From positions 1 to 24,000 of the forward strand of contig JAIXPW010000047.1 in assembly GCA_027485995.1 (NCBI GenBank): a stretch of DNA of 24,000 nt, written 5' to 3'. The notes beneath the pieces are model-generated. The model did no database searches. It had not been told where the DNA came from and was given only the letters and a program-made list of their open reading frames with translations. This DNA comes from Verrucomicrobiaceae bacterium. Its GTDB lineage: Bacteria; Verrucomicrobiota; Verrucomicrobiia; Verrucomicrobiales; Akkermansiaceae. This document shows, piece after piece, positions 16,677 through 24,000 of the stretch. A program made the position numbers and the translations under genes. Numbering within the stretch: position 1 is the stretch's first letter; every line of letters starts with the position of its first letter.

Positions 16677-17845
16677 CCCTGGGTTCTCCGCCGACGGGTG
16701 GACGCGAAGCCCATCAACACCGCACCCCAGGCCAGCATGGGTTCCGGCACCGGAGAGATATCATAGCCGATCAAATCCAGCGCCCGCAGGTCAGCGATGC
16801 TGGGAGTGAAGATCTGCCCATAGTCGATGGTGGGATCCATCCCCCCGATCAGGGTTCCGGTTAGATTGCCATCCTTCCAATGCGATGCCTGCCGACCATC
16901 GCCGCGCTCCAATCCGGTGGACATCAGGTAGAACTCGGTTCCATCGAACAGACCAGACGCCACCCCCGGGGTGAGTTCGCGAACTCCATTGGTGAACTCC
17001 ACTTCATTGGTGGGGCGACCCACCGAGGCGAACCTGAACAGATCGAGGGTCGTGACCGAAAGGGTCGCACCGGTGAGATCCGTGCCGACCGGGACTCCAT
17101 CGGCGACGTCCGTCTGCGACAGAAAGCCCAGGGCATGGCCGATCTCGTGCAGGGCGACACTTTCGAAATCAATCGTTCCAGGTGCCGCAGTCGAGCGATC
17201 GTAGCTGAAGGCGAAGTCGCTGTTGAAATCGATCTGGGCATCAATGGTCGTGCCTACGAGTCCATCCAGGAAGGAAGTAGGCAGTCCGAGAGCCTTGGCG
17301 TTGGCCTTGGTCAGCAGGACGTTTCCACTGAAGGCGATCCCGGTCAGTGAGCGTATCGACAGATTGTCCGGCAGGGCGAAAACAATGCCATCGTCGGCCT
17401 CGTCTGCGGCATCATCCACAAGCAGCCCACCCACTCCGAGGTAGCCGCCTTGAAGATAGACGGGATTGGTTCCACCGATGACGTTCGAGTTTCCGGCACC
17501 GAAGGAATAAACATCCGCGTCGATCACGATGGTGATTTCGTCAGTGATGTAGCTCGCCCAGGTGGCGGCGGCCCGGTTGAAGGCTGCAAGGGCAGGAGCG
17601 TTGCCGGCGAGTGAGCCCCCGGATCGAGGTTGGATCACCAGATTCAGTCCACCACTGCCCAGATGGATCGGAGCGGAGGCCCCGGCAGGCTGCAAACCCG
17701 GGTCAGATCCGGAGGAATTGAGCCCAAACGGCTGGAGAAAATCCGGATCCGCCGAAGCTACGCGAATGAAAACCAGGACGATTCCCAGAATTCGTGAAAA
17801 TGGGTTGAGAGATCGCGACATCATGCGGATACGGGCCGGAATCAT
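16673..17845 (-). CDS. Secreted zinc metalloprotease-like protein with a PEP-CTERM-like C-terminus
   Basis: Zinc motif FESVALHEIGHALGFLSQTD and C-terminal VPEPMLAWGAVLMGFASTRRRRTQG, the VPEP / TM / poly-Arg arrangement of exosortase substrates. 390 aa. Confidence 0.82.
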   Translation of the reverse strand: MIPARIRMMSRSLNPFSRILGIVLVFIRVASADPDFLQPFGLNSSGSDPGLQPAGASAPIHLGSGGLNLVIQPRSGGSLAGNAPALAAFNRAAATWASYITDEITIVIDADVYSFGAGNSNVIGGTNPVYLQGGYLGVGGLLVDDAADEADDGIVFALPDNLSIRSLTGIAFSGNVLLTKANAKALGLPTSFLDGLVGTTIDAQIDFNSDFAFSYDRSTAAPGTIDFESVALHEIGHALGFLSQTDVADGVPVGTDLTGATLSVTTLDLFRFASVGRPTNEVEFTNGVRELTPGVASGLFDGTEFYLMSTGLERGDGRQASHWKDGNLTGTLIGGMDPTIDYGQIFTPSIADLRALDLIGYDISPVPEPMLAWGAVLMGFASTRRRRTQG

Positions 17846-17892
17846 CCGGCTTGTCAGGCGGACCTAGAGCGGCACTGCCTCCCTCCCGGCGA

Positions 17893-18657
17893 TCATTTGG
17901 CAACCGTCACATCATCGCCGTAGAAGCTCTTGATGTAGCCGAACTCCACCAAGGTGTCCTGCCACGGGGAAATGACGTTCGGATCCTCGAACACCCGGCC
18001 CCCCATGGCCAGCCACTCCTCGGCCTTGATCAAATCGTTGTTCTTGTAGCAGAGCGCGGCGTGGGCGTAATAGTAATAAGGCGAATCATCGAGGAAATCG
18101 TATTTCTCCGCGAGAACCTCGGCCTCCTCATTCTTGCCCAGCTTGATCTTGCAGAGCAGGATTTTGAACTCCACCAAGCGGGATAGCGGCATCTGCTCTT
18201 TGGTGGTCAGTTTCTTCACGACTTTCTCGAACACATCCAGCGCCGACTGCCATTTCTTGGTCACGAAAAGAATCTCTCCGATGTTGAACTGGATGCTCGC
18301 ATCCTCCGGTGAGAGCTTCTCCGCCACCCGAAAGGCCTCCATCGCCTTTTCGAAGTCCCGGAACTCCACCGAGCAGGATCCCCGCAAATTCAGCAACTCC
18401 GGGCTGTCCTGGAAAATGACGCTGGCCTTCTCCAGCTCGTCGATGGTCTCGAAGACCCGCTTGTCACGGAACAAGCGGTCCGCCTCTACCAAGTGCTTGT
18501 TAAACTCATTGCGACGCTCCTCGGGAAGATTGAGGAAGGCCTTTTGGTTCAGCGTCAGTTGCATGGGCTTCCTTTCGGCATCTGGCGCTGGCGAATCCTG
18601 GGCGACGGCCATCAGGCAGGAACCAATGAAAACTGCGGATAAGAGGGAAATCTTCAT
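17893..18657 (-). CDS. Exported TPR-repeat protein
   Basis: Signal-like MKISLLSAVFIGSCLMAVAQ and repeated TPR-like units, for example KAMEAFRVAEKLSPEDASIQFNIGEILFVTKKWQSALDVFEKVV. Confidence 0.75.
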   Translation of the reverse strand: MKISLLSAVFIGSCLMAVAQDSPAPDAERKPMQLTLNQKAFLNLPEERRNEFNKHLVEADRLFRDKRVFETIDELEKASVIFQDSPELLNLRGSCSVEFRDFEKAMEAFRVAEKLSPEDASIQFNIGEILFVTKKWQSALDVFEKVVKKLTTKEQMPLSRLVEFKILLCKIKLGKNEEAEVLAEKYDFLDDSPYYYYAHAALCYKNNDLIKAEEWLAMGGRVFEDPNVISPWQDTLVEFGYIKSFYGDDVTVAK

Positions 18658-18709
18658 GACGATGATTCGGACTCTACCCGAGAAATTCTCAGGACGCAAG
18701 CCACGGTTC

Positions 18710-19306
18710 TCAAAGGTAGAGTCCCCGCCCCGCCAGATAGTCGGCCACCTCTGGATTCATCCAATCGCTGATCATCCGACCTCGTCGGACGGCCTCGCGG
18801 ACCGCCGTGGCCGAGGCCGGATGATCACCGGGCACGACCTGCATCCGGTATCCCTCCCTCATTTGCGGAGCTTCCCCTCCCCTCGCCAGCACGAGGAAGG
18901 TCACCACCGCCGCCAGACGCTCGGGGTGCTTCCACCGTGGCAGCGCGTTCCATTGATCGCCTCCCATCAGCCAGAACCACTCCGTTTCAGGCTCTCTCGC
19001 GGAAAGGACCTCCGCCGTGAGATAGGAAAATGAGGGCTCAGGGCCGGTCAGCTCGTAATTCTCGACCTTCGCCCATGACAGATCCTCCGTCGCCAACCGC
19101 AGCATTTCCAACCGGTCCTCTGGCTGGGCGGTCGCGTGGCCGATCTTGTGCGGGGAAATCCGGCACGGCATGAAACGCACTTCATCGAGATCCGCCGCCT
19201 CCTTCGCCAATCGCGCCATGTGGACATGACCAAGATGGACCGGATCAAAGGTCCCGCCGAAGAGGGCGATGCGCTTTTTCTCAGACATGGCGTCGGGTGT
19301 GTTCAC
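18710..19306 (-). CDS. nadD: Nicotinate-nucleotide adenylyltransferase
   Basis: KRIALFGGTFDPVHLGHVHMARLAKE, WLMGGDQWNALPRWKHPERL and ATAVREAVRRGRMISDWMNPEVADYL. Confidence 0.92.
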   Translation of the reverse strand: MNTPDAMSEKKRIALFGGTFDPVHLGHVHMARLAKEAADLDEVRFMPCRISPHKIGHATAQPEDRLEMLRLATEDLSWAKVENYELTGPEPSFSYLTAEVLSAREPETEWFWLMGGDQWNALPRWKHPERLAAVVTFLVLARGGEAPQMREGYRMQVVPGDHPASATAVREAVRRGRMISDWMNPEVADYLAGRGLYL

Positions 19307-20069
19307 GATACGCCGCCGGCGGCATGCCGACCGTGGCGCGGAATTGTCGGGTGAAGGCGGTCTGGTCGCCGTAACCGCAGGCCAGCGCGATCTCCGCCAC
19401 CGGGGTCGAGGTGGTGGTCAGCCACTCCGCCGCCACGCCGATCCGCGCTTTGCGGATGAACTGCGAGGTGGTGAGCATGAAAACTTTCCGCATCCGGCGA
19501 TCGAGCTGGGCTGGGGAAAGTTTCGCCTTCGCCGCGAGATCGGCGGGCCGCAGGTCTTCGTCGAGGTGCTTCTGGATGAAAGCCACCGTCCGCGCCACGC
19601 CCGCGAACTCGGTGTCCGATTCACTCGGCTCACCGAGATCCCGGGAGATCGACGCCAGCCCAACCACCCTTCCCTTCGCGTCGTGCAGCGGCACCTTCGT
19701 GGCCAGATACCAGCCGAGCGTGCCGTTGCGATTCGTCACCAGCTCCAGCCGGTCCGCCAGCTCGCGCCCCGACTCCAGCACCTGCAGGTCCTGCTCGCGA
19801 TACGCCGCCGCCAGGTGCTCCGGGAAAAACTCATCCGCCACCCGGCCTAACAGCTTTCGGGGATGATCAATGCCGAGCCGCTCCGCAAAGGCCTGGTTCG
19901 CCGCGCGATACCGCCGCTCACGATCCTTCAGGCAGAACACCACGTCCGGCAGGTGCGCGAACAGCCGCTCGCAAAACCGCGGCGAGGCGAGCTGATCCAG
20001 GAAGTCATCATCGGCGGACACGGCGGATTCTTTGCCGCAACGCATGGGACTTTCATGCGGATCGGTCAA
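19281..20069 (-). CDS. AraC-family transcriptional regulator with an N-terminal PAS domain
   Basis: PAS-like LPDVVFCLKDRERRYRAANQAFAERLG; C-terminal AraC HTH AKLSPAQLDRRMRKVF...RIGVAAEWLTTTSTPVAEIALACGYGDQTAFTRQFRATVGMPPAAYR. Confidence 0.9.
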   Translation of the reverse strand: MTDPHESPMRCGKESAVSADDDFLDQLASPRFCERLFAHLPDVVFCLKDRERRYRAANQAFAERLGIDHPRKLLGRVADEFFPEHLAAAYREQDLQVLESGRELADRLELVTNRNGTLGWYLATKVPLHDAKGRVVGLASISRDLGEPSESDTEFAGVARTVAFIQKHLDEDLRPADLAAKAKLSPAQLDRRMRKVFMLTTSQFIRKARIGVAAEWLTTTSTPVAEIALACGYGDQTAFTRQFRATVGMPPAAYREHTRRHV

Positions 20070-20092
20070 GACAGCGGTGCGATGCTCTGATC

Positions 20093-23000
20093 ATGACGCT
20101 TTCCTCCATCCAGCATCGTCTCGACCAGATCCGCCGGAACCCGATCAGCGATGAGGCGCTTGTCGATGAAGCCATCGCCCTCGCCGCCGACCTGCTCAAA
20201 GCCGCGCAGTCCGAAGAGCGCTCCGGCGAGCGTCGCCAGGCGAAGCAGATGGCCCGGATGATGAACGACCCTGCCGGCAAGGCCTTCACCCTGGCGATGG
20301 CCGACCAGGTGTTCCGCCCGCCGACGCATGCACGCTCCGCCTCGCAGTTCCGACACCTCGTCGAGGGCTATGGCGTGCCAGACTACCTTTCCCTGCCGGA
20401 AAAAATCGCCATGCGCGCTGGAGCCGCAGCCTCGGCCTTCGCGCCCGAGATCGTGATCCCGGCCATCACCGGCGCGATGCGTTCGCAGAGTTCCTCGGTC
20501 ATCCTGCCCGCCGAGGATGCGAAGCTAAAACCCCTCCTCGCCCGCCGCAAGAAGGCCGGCATGCGGATGAACCTCAACCAACTCGGCGAGGCGATCCTTG
20601 GCGAACACGAGGCCGAACACCGCATCCAGGCCGTGATTGCCCGACTCGAATCGCCCGACTGCGATTACCTCTCGGTCAAGATCTCGGCGATCTTCAGCCA
20701 GATCCATCTCGTCGGCGAAACCGAAACCCTCGCACGCATCACCGACCGACTCCGCCAGCTTTACCGCGTCGCGATGAAGAACCCGGTCAACGGTCGGCCG
20801 AAGTTCGTGAACCTCGACATGGAGGAATACCGCGACCTTCATCTGACCTGCGATGCTTTTCGCGAAGTACTAGACGAACCGGAGTTCATGCAGCTTGAGG
20901 CGGGCATCGTGCTCCAGGCCTACCTGCCCGACTCCTGGCCGGTGCAGAAGGACCTCATCGCCTGGGCCAAGGAACGCGTCGCCCGTGGTGGGGCCGGGAT
21001 CAAGATCCGCATCGTGAAGGGCGCGAACCTTGCCATGGAAAGCGTCGAGGCCGAACTCCACGACTGGCCGCTCGCGCCCTACGGATCAAAGGAGGAGGTC
21101 GATGCCAACTTCAAGCGCATGGTCCATGAGGCCTGCGTTCCCGGTAACGCCGCAGTCGTCCGCCATGGCGTGGCCAGCCACAACCTTTTCGACATCGCCT
21201 ACACCCTGCTGCTGCGGGCCCGTGAACGCGTCGATGCAAGAGTCGAGTTCGAGATGCTCGAAGGCATGGCCAACCATCAGGCCCGCGTCGTGAATGAAAG
21301 CGCTGGTGGCCTCCTGCTCTACGCGCCGGTCGTGAACCGCGACGATTTCCACAGCGCCATCGCGTATCTGGTCCGACGCCTCGACGAGAACACCTCCGAG
21401 GAAAACTTCCTCCGCGATCTCTTCGGGATGAAGCCCGGCGATGCCGCCTGGAAACGCCAGGAGGAACGCTTCCGCCGCGCCTGTGCCCGCAAGGACAGCG
21501 TGCTCGCCGGACCGAAGCGCCTTCAGGATCGCAGCCGCGAAACCGTGGTCGCCCTGCCGCTCGACGCCCCTTTCCACAACGAGGCCGACACCGACTTTTC
21601 CCTGCCCGCCAACCGCAAGTGGGCGCGTGAATTGATCGAAGCGAAACGCTCCACTCCCATCGCCGACATCCCGCTGGTGATCGACGGTCGTGAGGAAATG
21701 ACGCAGCACATGGAAACCGGCTTCGACCCGTCGCGTCCCGGTGTCAAAGCCTACCGCCACTCACTTGCCGGACCGCAGGAAATCGAACGCGCGCTGCAAG
21801 CCGCCGTCTCTGCCCGCGCCTCCTGGAAAGCCCTCGGCTTCGAAGGTCGCGGCGTGCTCGTCAGGGAAGTCGCCGCTGAGATCGAGCGCACTCGCGGCGA
21901 AGCCATTGCCACGATGTTGCTCGATGCCGGCAAGGCCGTTTCCGAAGCGGATGTCGAGATCACCGAGGCGATCGACTTCGCCAACTACTACACTCGTCGT
22001 TTTTCCGACGATGGCGCGGTCTTCGAGCCCTTCGGCACGGTGCTCGTTACCCCGCCGTGGAATTTCCCCTTCGCCATCCCCTGCGGCAGCATCCTCGCCG
22101 CGCTGATCGGCGGCAACACCGTCATCCTCAAGCCTGCGCCGGAAACCGTGCTCACGGCCTGGGTGCTGGTGAACTGCCTGTGGCGCGCCGGGATTCCCAA
22201 GGACGTCCTCCAGTTTGTCCCCTGCCCCGACAATGAAATCGGTCGCTCGCTCGTCACCGACGACCGCATCGGCGCGGTGGTTCTAACAGGTGCCTACGAG
22301 ACCGCCCGGATGTTCCTCGACTGGAAGCCATCGTTGCGACTCTTCGCCGAAACCAGCGGCAAGAACTCGCTCATCATCACCGCCGCCGCCGATCCCGACC
22401 AGGCGATCAAGGATCTCGTCAAAAGCGCTTTCGGCCATGCCGGTCAGAAATGCTCCGCCGCCTCGCTCGCGATCGTCGAGGCCGAGGTTTACGACAGCCC
22501 GGGCTTCCGCCGACAGCTCAAGGACGCCGCGCAATCGCTCCGTGTTTCCGGACCGTGGAACCTAGACGCCATTGTCACCCCGATCATCCGCGAAGCCGGC
22601 GAATCCTTGCACCGCGCTCTAACAACTCTGGATCCCGGCGAGGAATGGTTGCTCGAACCAAAGATGATCGATGGCAATCCCTGCCTGTGGTCGCCCGGCA
22701 TCAAACTCGGCGTGAAACCGGACAGCTGGTATCGCCGCACCGAATGCTTCGGCCCGGTCCTCGGGCTGGTGAAGGCCAACGATTGCCAACACGCCCTCAG
22801 GATCCAGAACGACTCGCAGTTTGGTCTAACAGGCGGGATCCACTCGCTCGACGACCGCGAGATCGCGATCTGGCGCGAGCAGGTCGAGGTCGGCAACGCC
22901 TACATCAACCGGCCGATCACCGGAGCCATCGTCCAACGCCAACCCTTCGGCGGCTGGAAGCGTTCCTGCTTCGGCCCGGGCGCGAAGGCCGGTGGCCCGA

Positions 23001-23632
23001 ACTACTGCCAGCTCTTCGGAACCTGGACGAATGTCGGCCTGCCCACCGAGCGAGCCGAGCCGACTTCCAGCAGCCTCGAACTGCTGATGAAACTGGTCGC
23101 CCTCCTCCCCGAATCCCGCGACCGCCTGGTCGCCGCTGCCGGCAGCGATGCCTTCTGGAACGAACGGGAGTTCTCGATCGAACACGACCCCAGCGGCCTG
23201 CGTTTCGAGTCGAATGATTTCCGCTACCGACGTTTCCCGCGCGGCCTGGTCCGTGTGGAAAACTCGCTGGCCGACGAGGACCTCGCCCGACTTCTCCTCA
23301 CCGCCCAGGCCATGAACCTGCCGGTTTCCCTCTCACTCGAAAGCCCACGCTCATGGCTCAGCGGGCTTGGGTTTGAATCGATCACCGAATCCTCGGAAGG
23401 CCTGATCCATCGTCTTCCTTCCATCGCCTCACACTTCGGCGTCCTCCGCGCTCCGCACGGCGAAACCGCCCTGAAATCGGCTGCCATCGCCAACGGTCTG
23501 CGCTGGGCCGACGGACCTGTTCTCACAAACGCCCGACTCGAATGGCCGGCCTGGCTTCGTGAGCAATCGATCTCGGAAACCCGTCATCGATACGGAAACC
23601 TCTTGCCCAATCCGTTAGAATTGATCAAATAA
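20093..23632 (+). CDS. putA: Bifunctional proline dehydrogenase / L-glutamate gamma-semialdehyde dehydrogenase (PutA-type, no obvious N-terminal DNA-binding domain)
   Basis: 1179 aa. PRODH region: IKIRIVKGANLAMESVEAELHDW, VEFEMLEGMANHQARVV, LLYAPVVNRDDFHSAIAYLVRRLDENT. ALDH region: VTPPWNFPFAIPCG, FAETSGKNSLIIT, AFGHAGQKCSAASL and FGGWKRSCFGPGAKAGG. Confidence 0.93.
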   Translation: MTLSSIQHRLDQIRRNPISDEALVDEAIALAADLLKAAQSEERSGERRQAKQMARMMNDPAGKAFTLAMADQVFRPPTHARSASQFRHLVEGYGVPDYLSLPEKIAMRAGAAASAFAPEIVIPAITGAMRSQSSSVILPAEDAKLKPLLARRKKAGMRMNLNQLGEAILGEHEAEHRIQAVIARLESPDCDYLSVKISAIFSQIHLVGETETLARITDRLRQLYRVAMKNPVNGRPKFVNLDMEEYRDLHLTCDAFREVLDEPEFMQLEAGIVLQAYLPDSWPVQKDLIAWAKERVARGGAGIKIRIVKGANLAMESVEAELHDWPLAPYGSKEEVDANFKRMVHEACVPGNAAVVRHGVASHNLFDIAYTLLLRARERVDARVEFEMLEGMANHQARVVNESAGGLLLYAPVVNRDDFHSAIAYLVRRLDENTSEENFLRDLFGMKPGDAAWKRQEERFRRACARKDSVLAGPKRLQDRSRETVVALPLDAPFHNEADTDFSLPANRKWARELIEAKRSTPIADIPLVIDGREEMTQHMETGFDPSRPGVKAYRHSLAGPQEIERALQAAVSARASWKALGFEGRGVLVREVAAEIERTRGEAIATMLLDAGKAVSEADVEITEAIDFANYYTRRFSDDGAVFEPFGTVLVTPPWNFPFAIPCGSILAALIGGNTVILKPAPETVLTAWVLVNCLWRAGIPKDVLQFVPCPDNEIGRSLVTDDRIGAVVLTGAYETARMFLDWKPSLRLFAETSGKNSLIITAAADPDQAIKDLVKSAFGHAGQKCSAASLAIVEAEVYDSPGFRRQLKDAAQSLRVSGPWNLDAIVTPIIREAGESLHRALTTLDPGEEWLLEPKMIDGNPCLWSPGIKLGVKPDSWYRRTECFGPVLGLVKANDCQHALRIQNDSQFGLTGGIHSLDDREIAIWREQVEVGNAYINRPITGAIVQRQPFGGWKRSCFGPGAKAGGPNYCQLFGTWTNVGLPTERAEPTSSSLELLMKLVALLPESRDRLVAAAGSDAFWNEREFSIEHDPSGLRFESNDFRYRRFPRGLVRVENSLADEDLARLLLTAQAMNLPVSLSLESPRSWLSGLGFESITESSEGLIHRLPSIASHFGVLRAPHGETALKSAAIANGLRWADGPVLTNARLEWPAWLREQSISETRHRYGNLLPNPLELIK

Positions 23633-23640
23633 CATGTGCT

Positions 23641-23734
23641 CTTGCCACGTGCGGTCGCCGGGATATCCGGGGGGAGACCTCGGTGGCCCCGTGGCAAGGG
23701 CATTTTGAGTCAGGAACGGGCTGGCTCCAGCCCG
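23641..23734. repeat. Intergenic inverted repeats downstream of putA
   Basis: CTTGCCACG (23641-23649) is the reverse complement of CGTGGCAAG (23690-23698). CGGGCTGG (23717-23724) is separated by CT from CCAGCCCG (23727-23734). Confidence 0.5.
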
Positions 23735-23883
23735 TGCATGAGCAACCCAAAGGATGTGGGTCTTGCGTGCGTCCTTGGATCTCTACGAATTCCTCAAGAA
23801 GGCTGGAAGGCAATCAAGTTTGCACCGCTCCCTTCGTGTCGAGTTTCGGATTGTTGATCCTGAACCGGAGTGGCCTCGGGTCG

Positions 23884-24000
23884 TCAACCATGCATCCGGG
23901 GAAGCGCCCATAAGAAGCCGACCGCTATCGCAAGCATCACGCCCAGAATCCTAACCGCATCCTCCAGATCAATCGTCTGACGTGAGATTTGACGGGCAAA
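23884..24000 (-). CDS. C-terminal fragment of a possible membrane protein, cut by the window edge
   Basis: Manual reverse translation from 24000: FARQISRQTIDLEDAVRILGVMLAIAVGFLWALPRMHG-stop. It has one hydrophobic stretch and no start in the window. Confidence 0.3.
   Translation of the reverse strand, partial: FARQISRQTIDLEDAVRILGVMLAIAVGFLWALPRMHG

Noticed and set aside
1-24000. CRISPR array, toxin-antitoxin pair, retron, prophage or defence island
   Set aside because: I saw no regularly spaced repeats and no integrase, Cas, reverse transcriptase, restriction or phage structural motifs. The accessory signals are limited to the edge fragment and intergenic repeats described above.

Overview
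This is a GC-rich bacterial chromosomal window. Gene content and protein style suggest Verrucomicrobiota (inference only). Most of it is core metabolism and housekeeping: a MalY/PatB-like PLP enzyme, bioB, the glycine cleavage genes gcvT-gcvH-gcvP followed by a coupled Nudix gene, the rpmH-rnpA-yidD-yidC cluster, nadD, and a large putA-type proline dehydrogenase/P5C dehydrogenase. I found no CRISPR array, prophage, complete insertion element or recognisable defence island. The most unusual items are: (1) an apparent single-polypeptide fusion of a YkuD L,D-transpeptidase domain, with no visible signal peptide, to a SerB-like HAD phosphatase, translationally coupled to a divergent ketoacyl synthase next to bioB; (2) an exported protein with a possible His/Cys dyad; (3) an MTH1-like Nudix gene whose start overlaps the gcvP stop; (4) a rhomboid-like protein that seems to lack the catalytic serine and carries a C-terminal Cys/His motif; (5) a small HTH/coiled-coil protein with a symmetric sequence upstream, followed by a repeat-like intergenic region; (6) a PEP-CTERM-tailed zinc metalloprotease. 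All family assignments were made by eye from motifs; no search was run.
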